A stretch of DNA of 47,006 bases from a virus. Lineage: Duplodnaviria > Heunggongvirae > Uroviricota > Caudoviricetes. Each line of letters starts with the position of its first letter. Positions within the stretch are counted from its first letter, which is position 1. The stretch is taken from IMG/VR virus record IMGVR_UViG_2925903241_000004; one strand, 5' to 3'. The notes beneath the pieces are model-generated. The model saw only the letters and a program-made list of their open reading frames with translations, did not search any database and was not told the origin of the DNA. Both the position numbers and the translations under genes were made by a program. Shown piece after piece: positions 17,908 to 27,555 of this stretch.

Positions 17908-18096
17908 ATGGCATTTAAACACTATGATGTTGTCAGGGCGGCGCCGCCGTCAGATCTTGCGGAAAAGCTGACACATAAACTGAAAGAGGGCTGGCAGCCG
18001 TTTGGTAGTCCGGTGGCCATAACCCCTTATACCCTGATGCAGGCGATTGCAGCAGAAGGTGATGTGGTGGTCAGTGGTGCAACTGAGCCGGAGTGA
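17908..18096 (+). CDS. DUF1737-like small protein upstream of lysis genes
   Basis: 62-aa ORF (MAFKHYDVVRAAPPSDLAEKL...) in the position where such small proteins precede the holin in lambdoid prophages; an alternative ATG lies at 17893. Confidence 0.5.
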   Translation: MAFKHYDVVRAAPPSDLAEKLTHKLKEGWQPFGSPVAITPYTLMQAIAAEGDVVVSGATEPE

Positions 18097-18403
18097 TACT
18101 ACGTCATCGTACTGGCCCGGCATTCCAGACCATAAAAGACGGTCTGGCAGTGGGACTAAATGCACTGACGCTGACGGATATTACCAAAAATGCAACGTAT
18201 GGCGTTGAGATAGAAAGTCTGGTGCTGGAGATAAATACACCGGCATCATCATAAAAAGTGAGCCAGTCAAATGGAAGGTATCGTTAAACTCACCGGTAGT
18301 GTCAGTGGATCGTCTGAGACGCTTGCATGAGTTATCAGAGCCATCAGTAGTTAACTGGTGGCTTTTTTATTGTTGTCAGCTTCCGGATAACGGGAGACGG
18401 GGT

Positions 18404-18619
18404 ATGGACCAGATGGAAAAAATCACAACAGGTGTGTCATACACCACGTCAGCGGTGGGAACGGGCTACTGGTTCCTGCAGTTGCTGGACAGGGTTTCCC
18501 CGTCTCAGTGGGCGGCAATAGGCGTGCTGGGGAGTCTGCTGTTTGGGCTGCTGACATATCTGACTAACCTGTATTTCAAAATCAGAGAGGACCGTCGTAA
18601 GGCGGCACGGGGAGAGTAA
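18404..18619 (+). CDS. Class II holin / pinholin (S21-like) with dual-start motif
   Basis: 71-aa product [71 protein letters not shown] matches phage 21 S-type pinholins; two Met within the first four codons. Confidence 0.85.
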   Translation: MDQMEKITTGVSYTTSAVGTGYWFLQLLDRVSPSQWAAIGVLGSLLFGLLTYLTNLYFKIREDRRKAARGE

Positions 18620-18623
18620 TTCA

Positions 18624-18974
18624 ATGACTCAAAACTATGAACTGATTGTGAAAGGGATCCGCAATTTTGAGAATAAAGTTACGGTAACTTTAGCGTTACG
18701 GGACAAAAAACGCTTTGACGGTGAAATTTTTGACCTGGACATCTCGCTGGACCGTGTTGAAGGTGCCGCGCTGGAGTTTTATGAGGCAGCAGCCAGAATG
18801 AGTATCAGACAGGTCTTCCTGGATGTTGCTGCCGGGTTATGTGAAGGGGATGAGCAGTCGCCGGAAAAGCGCCCCGTAATTTTAGAGGCGCAGAATGTAT
18901 GGATAACCTACAAAGGAAAGCTACCGGGAAGAATTACTGGTTCTCTGAAGACTCCTCCGGAATCACAACCTTAA
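18624..18974 (+). CDS. Hypothetical protein inserted between holin and endolysin
   Basis: 116-aa ORF with GGGAGAG RBS 7 nt before ATG 18624; no recognisable family; unusual position inside the lysis cassette. Confidence 0.5.
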   Translation: MTQNYELIVKGIRNFENKVTVTLALRDKKRFDGEIFDLDISLDRVEGAALEFYEAAARMSIRQVFLDVAAGLCEGDEQSPEKRPVILEAQNVWITYKGKLPGRITGSLKTPPESQP

Positions 18975-19037
18975 GTCACTGACCGGAACAGATAAACCTG
19001 TCCGTGGGCAGAAACCGATAAATCCTGATAAATATCC

Positions 19038-19571
19038 ATGAACGCAAAAATCAGATACGGCCTGTCGGCTGCCGTTCTGGCACTGATTGCCGTCGGTGCG
19101 CCCGCGCCTGATATTCTCGACCAGTTTCTGGATGAAAAAGAAGGTAACCACACAACGGCATACCGCGATGGGTCCGGCATCTGGACCATCTGTCGGGGTG
19201 CCACGATGGTGGATGGAAAACCCGTTTTTCCCGGTATGAAACTGTCGAAGGAAAAATGCGACCAGGTCAACGCCATTGAGCGTGATAAGGCGCTGGCATG
19301 GGTGGAGCGCAATATTAAAGTACTACTGACCGAACCACAAAAAGCGGGTATAGCGTCATTCTGTCCCTATAACATTGGCCCCGGTAAGTGTTTCCCGTCG
19401 ACGTTTTATAAGCGGCTGAATGCCGGTGATCGTAAGGGCGCATGCGAGGCGATTCGCTGGTGGATAAAAGATGGTGGGCGCGATTGCCGCATACGTTCAA
19501 ATAACTGCTATGGACAGGTTATTCGTCGTGACCAGGAAAGCGCATTAGCCTGTTGGGGGATAGAGCAGTGA
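19038..19571 (+). CDS. SAR endolysin (lysozyme, R21-like)
   Basis: 177-aa ORF; N-terminal hydrophobic, Gly/Ala-rich signal-anchor-release segment followed by a phage lysozyme-like domain; follows the pinholin. Confidence 0.85.
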   Translation: MNAKIRYGLSAAVLALIAVGAPAPDILDQFLDEKEGNHTTAYRDGSGIWTICRGATMVDGKPVFPGMKLSKEKCDQVNAIERDKALAWVERNIKVLLTEPQKAGIASFCPYNIGPGKCFPSTFYKRLNAGDRKGACEAIRWWIKDGGRDCRIRSNNCYGQVIRRDQESALACWGIEQ

Positions 19572-20029
19572 GCAGAGTCGCCGCGATTATTTATGCTTTG
19601 GTTATCTGCATCATCGTCTGCCTGTCGTGGGCGGTCAATCATTACCGTGATAACGCCATCGCCTACAAAGAACAGCGTGATAAAAAAGTCAGTGAGCTGA
19701 AGCAGGCGATCGCCACTATCGCTGACATGCAGCAGCGTCAGCGTGATGTTGCTGCACTCGATGCAAAGTACTCGAGAGAATTAGCCAATGCGAAAGCTGA
19801 AAATGAAACTCTGCGCGCTGATGTTGCCGCTGGTCGTCGTCGGTTGCACATCAAAGCAGTCTGTCAGTCAGTGCGTGAAGCCACCACCGCCTCCGGCGTG
19901 GATAATGCAACCAGCCCCCGACTGGCAGACACCGCTGAACGGGATTATTTCACCCTCAGAGAGAGGCTGATCACAATGCAAAAACAACTGGAAGGAACCC
20001 AGAAGTATATTAATGAGCAGTGCAGATAG
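19568..20029 (+). CDS. rz: Spanin inner-membrane subunit Rz
   Basis: GTG start overlapping the endolysin stop; product [36 protein letters not shown]... is near-identical to lambda Rz as I recall it. Confidence 0.9.
   Translation: MSRVAAIIYALVICIIVCLSWAVNHYRDNAIAYKEQRDKKVSELKQAIATIADMQQRQRDVAALDAKYSRELANAKAENETLRADVAAGRRRLHIKAVCQSVREATTASGVDNATSPRLADTAERDYFTLRERLITMQKQLEGTQKYINEQCR
19788..19970 (+). CDS. rz1: Spanin outer-membrane lipoprotein Rz1 (embedded in Rz, +1 frame)
   Basis: 60-aa ORF wholly inside Rz; lipobox VVVGC; proline-rich [12 protein letters not shown] as in lambda Rz1. Confidence 0.85.
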   Translation: MRKLKMKLCALMLPLVVVGCTSKQSVSQCVKPPPPPAWIMQPAPDWQTPLNGIISPSERG

Positions 20030-20060
20030 AGCTGCCCATATCGATGGGCAACTCATGCAA

Positions 20061-20354
20061 TTATTGTGAGCAATACACACGCGCTTCCAGTGGAGTATAA
20101 ATGCCTAAAGTAATAAAACCGAGAAATCCATTTACGAATGTTTGCTGGGTTTCTGTTTTAACAACATTTTCTGCGCCGCCACAAATTTTGGCTGCATCAA
20201 CAGTTTTCTCCTGTCCAATTCCCGAAACGAAGAAATGATGGGTGATGGTTTCCTTTGGTGTTACTGCTGTCGGTTTGTTTCCAACAGTAAACGTCTGTTG
20301 AGCACATCCTGTAATAAGCATTGCCAGAGCGGCAGAAAACAACATTTTTTTCAT
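20061..20354 (-). CDS. bor: Bor lipoprotein (serum-resistance-associated)
   Basis: 97-aa product MKKMLFSAALAMLITGCAQQTFTVGNKP... closely matches lambda Bor; lipobox LITGC. Confidence 0.9.
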   Translation of the reverse strand: MKKMLFSAALAMLITGCAQQTFTVGNKPTAVTPKETITHHFFVSGIGQEKTVDAAKICGGAENVVKTETQQTFVNGFLGFITLGIYTPLEARVYCSQ

Positions 20355-20879
20355 CTTATTATCCTGCATTGTTAAAAACGGCAGAATCCTATGTGACAAC
20401 AATTAAACGATAGTTAAATGGATTGATGAAAATTAAAACTATATAGGTGGATGCTCAGCCTATTGGAGGTAGTCAGGATTTGAATGTCAGTCTGTTGTCG
20501 GCATTCTGGCAATGCAATTTGGATAAAGCGGGGATTAAAAAGATAGAGGCGAGCCGGTCAGGTAGAAATGAATCAGGCTCAAAGTGAAGCGGAAAAGGTC
20601 TGTGGCACAAGCTGATGCAGCCATAATTACAGCCTGATGATTTGTGGAATGAAACATGTTGAACCTCCTTAATTGATGTTATTCGAGTGATGAAGGCATT
20701 CTGTCCTTCTATAGTGTCCAGTAAATCAAACAGGAAACTTGTCCAACGTGTTGGACAAGCCTCTCCATTAGTGAGTTGTATTGATCACAACTCTACAAAG
20801 AATTCATTACTGGGTAGATGAAAATAGTTTCACTATGAATGGAGGAGGCTATGTCGGTGGCTTCTTCATTGGAGTACAT

Positions 20880-21230
20880 ATGCCCCCACGAATCCCACGC
20901 GCCTGCCGTAAGCGTGGATGTGCAGGTACAACCACAGACAGTTCTGGTTACTGCGATAAACATCGTGGCGAAGGATGGGTACAGCATCAACGCGGACTGA
21001 GCCGCCACCAGCGTGGCTATGGCTCGAAATGGGATGCCATACGTGCGCGCATACTGAAGCGTGATAATCATCTGTGTCAGAACTGCCTGCGCAATGGGAG
21101 AGCCGTTGAAGCCAGAACTGTGGACCACATCATTCCGAAAGCTCATGGTGGCACGGATGCAGACAGTAACCTGCAGAGTCTGTGCTGGCCCTGTCATAAA
21201 GCAAAAACAGCGCGCGAACGCCTCAATTGA
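20880..21230 (+). CDS. HNH endonuclease (terminase-associated)
   Basis: 116-aa ORF from ATG 20880 (GGAG RBS); conserved H-N-H/Cys motifs (DHIIPKAHGG, CWPCH); sits directly upstream of the terminase small subunit as in HK97-like cos phages. Confidence 0.8.
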   Translation: MPPRIPRACRKRGCAGTTTDSSGYCDKHRGEGWVQHQRGLSRHQRGYGSKWDAIRARILKRDNHLCQNCLRNGRAVEARTVDHIIPKAHGGTDADSNLQSLCWPCHKAKTARERLN

Positions 21231-21377
21231 TAACAGTTCCCATCTGTAGGGGAGGGGCAGGTCAAATCTCTGCAACCCTGGCTGCTCAGTACCGCCGCCT
21301 GACCTTTCCTCGCATCGCCGCAGGTTCGAAAACTTTTTTTTGGAATGTGATTAAATGATTGATAGGTAAAATCGATT

Positions 21378-21860
21378 ATGTCTGGACCCCCGAAAACCCC
21401 GCCACGCCTGCATTTGATACGAGGTAACCCCTCAAAGCGGCCAGTTAAAGACTCCAAAAAAACCGCTAAAAAGGATGAAAAAGGTCTCCCTAAAATTCCG
21501 CAACATTTAGGGGCGCAGGGGAAGTACTGGTTCAGGCGAATGGCGGAAGAGCTGAATGCGGAAGGGATCATTTCTCAGCTCGATGCACGTGCGCTCGAGT
21601 TACTGGTGGAAGCCTACACCGAATACCGGCATCACTGCGAAATACTCGATGTTGAGGGTTATACCTACCGCACGGAAACGCAGAATGGCGATGTGCTGAT
21701 CAAGGCACACCCGGCTGCTGCGATGAAGGCTGATGCCTGGAAGCGGATTCGGGCGATGCTTGCAGAGTTTGGTATGTCACCGGCAAGCCGGGCGAAAGTA
21801 AATACCGCCGGACCGGATGATGTTGATCCGCTGGCAGAGCTTTTAAAAGCGAGAGACTGA
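21378..21860 (+). CDS. Terminase small subunit
   Basis: 160-aa ORF directly upstream of and overlapping the terminase large subunit; basic N-terminus; P27/HK97-like small terminase layout. Confidence 0.7.
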   Translation: MSGPPKTPPRLHLIRGNPSKRPVKDSKKTAKKDEKGLPKIPQHLGAQGKYWFRRMAEELNAEGIISQLDARALELLVEAYTEYRHHCEILDVEGYTYRTETQNGDVLIKAHPAAAMKADAWKRIRAMLAEFGMSPASRAKVNTAGPDDVDPLAELLKARD

Positions 21861-23617
21861 TGGCAAAAGTGGCTGACGGGATCCGCTACGCCGAACGTGT
21901 TGTTGCAGGAGAAATTGTTGCTGGCGAATTTGTCCGTCTGGCCTGCCAGCGTTTTCTTGATGATCTGAAGTACGGCGAAGAGCGGGGGATTTATTTCAGT
22001 GAACCCCGTGCACAGCACATCCTTAATTTCTACAAATTTGTACCCCATGTGAAAGGGGCGCTGGCAGGTCAGCCCATTGAGTTGATGGACTGGCATGTGT
22101 TTATCCTCATTAATATTTTTGGTTTTGTCATTCCGCTGGTGAATGAAGAAACCGGGGAAGTTGTCATGCGCAGCGATGGCAGTGGACGCCCGGTGATGGT
22201 GCGCCGGTTCCGGACAGCATACAACGAAGTTGCCCGTAAAAACGCAAAATCAACCCTGTCATCGGGTATCGGTCTGTATATGACGGGGGCAGATGGTGAA
22301 GGCGGGGCTGAGGTGTATTCAGCCGCAACCACGCGTGACCAGGCCAGAATTGTGTTTGAAGACGCCAAAAATATGGTCAGAAAAGCCCGGTCGACACTCG
22401 GGCGGTTGTTTGATTTCAACAAGCTGGCGATTTACCAGGAGCAGAGCGCATCAAAATTTGAACCGCTTTCCTCGGATGCAAACAACCTGGACGGTCTGAA
22501 CATCCACTGCGCCATTATTGATGAGCTGCATGCTCATAAAACCCGTGACGTGTGGGACGTTCTGGAAACGGCAACCGGTGCCCGTCTGCAGTCTCTGTTA
22601 TTTGGCATCACCACGGCTGGCTTTAACAAGGAAGGGATTTGCTACGAGCAGCGCGATTACGCCATTAAGGTATTGCGAGGCTATAACAGCGACGTGGAGG
22701 GCGCGGTAAAAGACGACTCCTACTTTGCGATCATTTACACGCTCGATGAGGGAGATGATCCGTTTGATGAAACGGTCTGGCAGAAAGCGAATCCTGGCCT
22801 GGGCATCTGTAAACGCTGGGATGATCTGCGTCGTCTGGCGAAAAAAGCGAAGGAGCAGGTCTCTGCGCGGGTGAATTTTTTTACCAAACACATGAATGTG
22901 TGGGTCACTGCCGAATCTGCCTGGATGGATATGATTAAGTGGGAGAAGTGCGAATACATTGCTCCACAACATGAGCTGAAAACATATCCCATGTGGGTCG
23001 GCGTCGACCTTGCTCATAAGATTGATATCTGTGCGGCGGCAAAACTCTGGCGAACCGATAACGGACATGTTCATGCTGATTTTAAATTCTGGCTTCCGGA
23101 AGGACGGCTGGAGCGATGCTCGCGGCAGCAGGCAGAACTTTACCGGAAGTGGGCGGAGATGGATAAGCTCATCCTGACGGATGGTGATGTTATCGATCAT
23201 GCTCAGATAAAAAGTGACTTACTGGAATGGATTGGCGGTGAAAACCTCAGGGAACTGGGATTTGACCCGTGGAGCGCAATGCAGTTCAGCCTGGCACTGG
23301 CTGAAGAAGGGATACCGCTGGTGGAGGTTCCGCAGACGGTCCGCAATCTGTCAGAGGCCATGAAGGAAACGGAATCACTGGTTTATGCCGGGCGTTTCCA
23401 TCACAGCAATCATCCGGTCATGAACTGGATGATGTCTAACGTTACGGTAAAACCGGACAAAAACGACAACATCTTCCCGAATAAATCCACGCCTGAAGCC
23501 AAAATCGACGGCCCTGTTGCGCTTTTTACGGCCATGAGCCGCTTTCTGGTAAATGGCGGGGGCGTGAATGACTTTCTGTCCACGCTTGATCCTGATGAGG
23601 ACCTGTTAATTCTGTGA
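21860..23617 (+). CDS. Terminase large subunit
   Basis: 585-aa ORF, start overlaps the terS stop; ATPase and nuclease-domain organisation typical of HK97-family TerL. Confidence 0.9.
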   Translation: MAKVADGIRYAERVVAGEIVAGEFVRLACQRFLDDLKYGEERGIYFSEPRAQHILNFYKFVPHVKGALAGQPIELMDWHVFILINIFGFVIPLVNEETGEVVMRSDGSGRPVMVRRFRTAYNEVARKNAKSTLSSGIGLYMTGADGEGGAEVYSAATTRDQARIVFEDAKNMVRKARSTLGRLFDFNKLAIYQEQSASKFEPLSSDANNLDGLNIHCAIIDELHAHKTRDVWDVLETATGARLQSLLFGITTAGFNKEGICYEQRDYAIKVLRGYNSDVEGAVKDDSYFAIIYTLDEGDDPFDETVWQKANPGLGICKRWDDLRRLAKKAKEQVSARVNFFTKHMNVWVTAESAWMDMIKWEKCEYIAPQHELKTYPMWVGVDLAHKIDICAAAKLWRTDNGHVHADFKFWLPEGRLERCSRQQAELYRKWAEMDKLILTDGDVIDHAQIKSDLLEWIGGENLRELGFDPWSAMQFSLALAEEGIPLVEVPQTVRNLSEAMKETESLVYAGRFHHSNHPVMNWMMSNVTVKPDKNDNIFPNKSTPEAKIDGPVALFTAMSRFLVNGGGVNDFLSTLDPDEDLLIL

Positions 23618-23764
23618 AACAGCTTATTACTGATATGACCGGGCTGATCGGTTTCGGTTTGCTCACTGCTGGCGTTTATCTGTATGCAGGTCTGCCAGCG
23701 TCTCTGATGCTGTCGGGCTGTTTGTTGCTGCTTTATGCACTGGTAGTGTCCATGAGGAGAAAAC

Positions 23765-24991
23765 ATGCTTCTTGATGCTCTGTTTCGCAGTGAGTCTCTG
23801 GAAAATCCCTCGGTTCCGGTAACCGGAGAGGCCGCTGAGACGGATAATATTTTTGCCCGGGATGTGTATGTCAGTCCGGAAACATCCATGAAGCTGGCTG
23901 CTGTCTATGCCTGTATTTATGTTATTTCATCCAGTGTGGCTCAGATGCCCCTGCATGTGATGCGAAAAACGAATGAGCATGTTCAGCCTGCACGCGATCA
24001 TCCGTTGTTCTGGCTCGTTCATGATGAACCTAATGCCTGGCAGACCAGCTATAAGTGGCGGGAACTGAAGCAGCGTCATGTGCTGGGGTGGGGCAATGGT
24101 TATACGTGGGTAAAACGTAATCGTCGTGGAGAGGTTACCAGCCTTGAATGCTGTATGCCATGGGAAACCACGTTACTTAACACCGGTGGGCGTCATACTT
24201 ACGGGGTGTATAACGAAGAGGGTGCATTTGCGGTAAGTCCGGACGACATGATCCATATCAGGGCGCTGGGAAACAATCAGAAAATGGGACTGAGCCCGAT
24301 CATGCAGCATGCTGAAACCATTGGTATGGGAATGAGTGGCCAGCAGTATACCAGCGCCTTTTTTAACGGTAATGCCCGTCCTGCCGGTATTATTTCTGTG
24401 AAAAATGAACTGAACGAACAGAGCTGGGGCAGGCTTAAAAATATGTGGCAGCGGGCGGTGACAGCGCTTCGCAGCCAGGAAAATAAAACCATGCTGTTGC
24501 CTGCGCAACTGGATTACCGCGCTCTGACAGTTTCTCCGGTGGATGCTCAGATCATTGATATGACCAAGCTGAACAGGTCGATGATTGCAGGGATTTTTAA
24601 TGTCCCGGCGCACATGATTAATGACCTGGAAAAAGCCACATTTTCGAATATTACGCAGCAGGCGATTCAGTTTGTTCGCTACACGATGATGCCCTGGGTT
24701 GCGAACTGGGAGCAGGAGCTTAACCGTCGCCTGTTTACCCGTACAGAACGGGCTGCCGGGTATTACGTTCGTTTTAACCTCACGGGGTTGCTCCGTGGGA
24801 CCCCACAGGAGCGTGCGCAGTTCTATCACTTTGCCATTACAGATGGCTGGATGAGTCGGAATGAAGCCAGGGCATTTGAGGATATGAACCCGGTTGACGG
24901 TCTGGATGAAATGCTGGTCAGCGTAAATGCAGCAAATCCGTTGAATAACTTTAAAGATACGAAAGGCAAAGAGGAAAAGAACGATGAATGA
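23765..24991 (+). CDS. Portal protein (HK97 family)
   Basis: 408-aa ORF following the terminase; size and conserved regions consistent with HK97-family portal proteins. Confidence 0.9.
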   Translation: MLLDALFRSESLENPSVPVTGEAAETDNIFARDVYVSPETSMKLAAVYACIYVISSSVAQMPLHVMRKTNEHVQPARDHPLFWLVHDEPNAWQTSYKWRELKQRHVLGWGNGYTWVKRNRRGEVTSLECCMPWETTLLNTGGRHTYGVYNEEGAFAVSPDDMIHIRALGNNQKMGLSPIMQHAETIGMGMSGQQYTSAFFNGNARPAGIISVKNELNEQSWGRLKNMWQRAVTALRSQENKTMLLPAQLDYRALTVSPVDAQIIDMTKLNRSMIAGIFNVPAHMINDLEKATFSNITQQAIQFVRYTMMPWVANWEQELNRRLFTRTERAAGYYVRFNLTGLLRGTPQERAQFYHFAITDGWMSRNEARAFEDMNPVDGLDEMLVSVNAANPLNNFKDTKGKEEKNDE

Positions 24992-25582
24992 CCGTGAAAC
25001 GCGCTGTTACAGCGGGGAGGTGCGGGCGGAACAATATGATAATGCCCGACCCACATTCTGGGGTATGGCTCGGTATTTAACAGTCGTTCAGAACCTCTGT
25101 GGGGATTTCGTGAAATCATCAAGCCGGGGGCTTTTGATGATGTACTGAATGATGATGTACGTGGCTTGTTTAATCATGATCCTAATTTCATTCTCGGACG
25201 AAGTTCTGCCGGCACATTGTCATTGTCGGTGGATGAACGCGGTTTACGTTATGACATTGTTGCACCGGATACTCCGACTATTTGTGACCTGGTGCTGTCT
25301 CCAATGTTGCGTGGTGACATTAACCAGTCCTCGTTCGCGTTTCGTGTCGCCCGTGACGGAGAGAGCTGGTATGAAGACGACGAGGGGATTGTTATCCGGG
25401 AAATCACGCGCATTTCTCGTCTGTATGACGTCAGCCCGGTGACATATCCGGCCTATCAGGACGCAGACTCCGGTGTCCGCTCAATGAAAGCCTGGCAGGA
25501 AGCGCGGGCGAGTGGTGCGCTGAAGAAAGCTGTTAATGAACGAATGGCGCGTGAGCGCCTTTTGACCCTTCTTAATGCATAA
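24984..25582 (+). pseudogene. Prohead protease (HK97 family), apparent single-base frameshift in a G-run
   Basis: N-terminus (MNDRETRCYSGEVRAEQYDNARPTF, frame 0 from ATG 24984) and the conserved remainder (GYGSVFNSRSEPLWGFREIIKPGAFDD...LGRSSAGTLSL..., frame -1, open 25043-25582) lie in different frames; the switch maps to GGGG at 25060-25063. Confidence 0.7.
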
Positions 25583-25596
25583 GGATACTACTGACG

Positions 25597-26814
25597 ATGA
25601 AACTTCATGAGATGAAGCAAAAACGAAACACCATTGCAAAGGATATGCGTGCACTGCATGAAAAAATTGGTGATAACGCATGGACTGATGAGCAACGGGC
25701 AGAGTGGAACAGGGCGAAAGCTGAGCTGGATGCGCTGGATGAGCAAATCGCCCGTGAAGAAGAGTTGCGCCGTCAGGATCAGGCATATGTGGATGAGTCC
25801 GGGCCGGAAGAGCGCCAGAATAATGAGGCGGAGAACGGGAAAAAGGCGGTGGAAGAGAAGCGTGCTGCGGCATTTAACCGTTTTCTGCGTGCCGGATTTG
25901 CAGAACTGAATGCTGAAGAGCGTAATCTGATGCGTGAACTGCGGGCTCAGAGTGTAACAACGGATTCTCAGGGCGGATATACGGTGCCCACGCAGATGCG
26001 TAACAAAATCATTGACACCATGAAGGCTTATGGCGGGATTGCCAGTGTGGCGCAACTTCTGACCACATCAACCGGGCAGGATATCACCTGGTCAACGTCT
26101 GATGGCACGACTGAAGAGGGCGAACTGCTGGCGGAAAATACAGCCGCAACGGAACAGGATGTGACGTTCGGGACCGCTATTCTGGGGGCTAAAAAGCTGT
26201 CATCAAAAATAATTCGTGTGTCCAATGAGCTGCTCCAGGACAGTGGGGTGGATATTGAATCTTATCTGGCAAACCGTATTGCCCAGCGTATTGGTCGTGG
26301 AGAGGCAAAATATCTGGTTCAGGGGACCGGAACGGGATCACCGTTACAGCCAAAAGGGCTGGCAGCGTCGGTGACGGGAACCATCCAGACTGCAGCCTCT
26401 GCCGCTTTCACCTGGAAAGAAATGAATGCCCTGAAACATGCCATTGATCCGGCATATCGTGGTGGGCCGAAATACCGCTGGGCATTCAATGATGCCACAT
26501 TGCAGACTATTGAAGAGATGGAGGATGGACAGAAACGCCCGTTATGGCTGCCGGATATTGCAGGCGGTACGCCGGCTACTGTGCTGGGGATCCCTTATGT
26601 TATTGATCAGGCTATTGACGGGATTGGTACTGGAAAAAAATTCATTTTCCTGGGGGATTTCAACCGCTTTATCATTCGCCGCGTTACTTATATGGAACTG
26701 AAACGTCTGGTTGAGCGTTATGCTGAGTTTGATCAGGTGGCATTTCTGGCTTTCCATCGTTTTGACTGTGTGCTGGAAGATGTGGCAGCCATCAAGGCGC
26801 TCACTGGCAAATAA
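25597..26814 (+). CDS. Major capsid protein (HK97 fold family)
   Basis: 405-aa ORF following the protease; N-terminal delta-domain-like coiled region then capsid domain; intrinsic terminator directly downstream. Confidence 0.9.
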   Translation: MKLHEMKQKRNTIAKDMRALHEKIGDNAWTDEQRAEWNRAKAELDALDEQIAREEELRRQDQAYVDESGPEERQNNEAENGKKAVEEKRAAAFNRFLRAGFAELNAEERNLMRELRAQSVTTDSQGGYTVPTQMRNKIIDTMKAYGGIASVAQLLTTSTGQDITWSTSDGTTEEGELLAENTAATEQDVTFGTAILGAKKLSSKIIRVSNELLQDSGVDIESYLANRIAQRIGRGEAKYLVQGTGTGSPLQPKGLAASVTGTIQTAASAAFTWKEMNALKHAIDPAYRGGPKYRWAFNDATLQTIEEMEDGQKRPLWLPDIAGGTPATVLGIPYVIDQAIDGIGTGKKFIFLGDFNRFIIRRVTYMELKRLVERYAEFDQVAFLAFHRFDCVLEDVAAIKALTGK

Positions 26815-26835
26815 CCACTCGTTGTTCAGTTACAG

Positions 26836-26857
26836 ACCGCGCCGACGCGGTTTTTTT
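26836..26857 (+). terminator. Intrinsic terminator after major capsid gene
   Basis: ACCGCG-CCGA-CGCGGT hairpin followed by TTTTTTT. Confidence 0.6.
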
Positions 26858-26890
26858 ATGCCCGCACAGTGTTGCGGGCAGGAGTTTCTG

Positions 26891-27208
26891 ATGGCAGCAA
26901 TAGTGGAAAAACTCAGGGCGCAGTGCCGTATTGATACAGATGATGCAACTGATGATGAGTTACTGATGCTGTATTTCCGGGCTGCCTGCCGCAAGGCAGA
27001 AAATTTTATCAACCGTAAGCTTTATGAGGAGACGGTGCCGGAAGGTGATCCTGAAGGGGTGCTTATAGCTGATGATGTTTTGCTGGCGCTCATGTTGCTG
27101 GTCGGGCACTGGTGCGAAAACCGGGAAAATTCCTCAGATGTCAGTAAGGCACCAGTCCCGTTTGGTTTTTCTTCTCTGCTGGAGCCTTATCGTTTTATTC
27201 CTTTGTAG
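26891..27208 (+). CDS. Head-tail connector protein (gp6-like)
   Basis: 105-aa ORF from ATG 26891 (GGCAGGAG RBS); position and size typical of HK97 gp6-like connector. Confidence 0.65.
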   Translation: MAAIVEKLRAQCRIDTDDATDDELLMLYFRAACRKAENFINRKLYEETVPEGDPEGVLIADDVLLALMLLVGHWCENRENSSDVSKAPVPFGFSSLLEPYRFIPL

Positions 27209-27216
27209 GAGGAGAC

Positions 27217-27555
27217 ATGCAGGCGGGCAGATTACGTGATCGCGTAATTATTCTGAATGTCACCACCGCCCGCTCTCCGTCAGGGCATCCGGTGGAGACG
27301 GTGACGGAGGGAGCTACCGTATGGGCAGAAGTTAAGGGTATCAGCGGGAGGGAGATAATCTCAGGCGGAGCAGAAACCGCTCAGGCTACGGTCAGAGTCT
27401 GGATGAGATTCCGGCGCGATGTGACAGCGACTTCACGTCTGAAAGTGCTGACCGGTGCATTTAAAGGGGCCATTCTGGGTATAGAAGGTCCACCAATACC
27501 GGATGCACGCGCTACCCGGCTTGAAATACTCTGCAGCCTGAAGGGGAATGTGTGA
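27217..27555 (+). CDS. Head closure / head-tail adaptor protein
   Basis: 112-aa ORF with strong GGAGGAG RBS; position typical of the head-tail joining protein. Confidence 0.65.
   Translation: MQAGRLRDRVIILNVTTARSPSGHPVETVTEGATVWAEVKGISGREIISGGAETAQATVRVWMRFRRDVTATSRLKVLTGAFKGAILGIEGPPIPDARATRLEILCSLKGNV

Noticed and set aside
22598-23200. 200-aa minus-strand ORF within the terminase large subunit (similarly 24173-24829 in portal, 30552-30779 and 32647-32952 in tape measure)
   Set aside because: Fully antisense to high-confidence structural genes; no independent start context; classic shadow ORFs.
23614-23775. Possible ~53-aa hydrophobic ORF (GTG 23614) between terminase and portal
   Set aside because: Overlaps the terL stop and the portal start, with no convincing RBS; could be real but the evidence is too thin to list as a feature.
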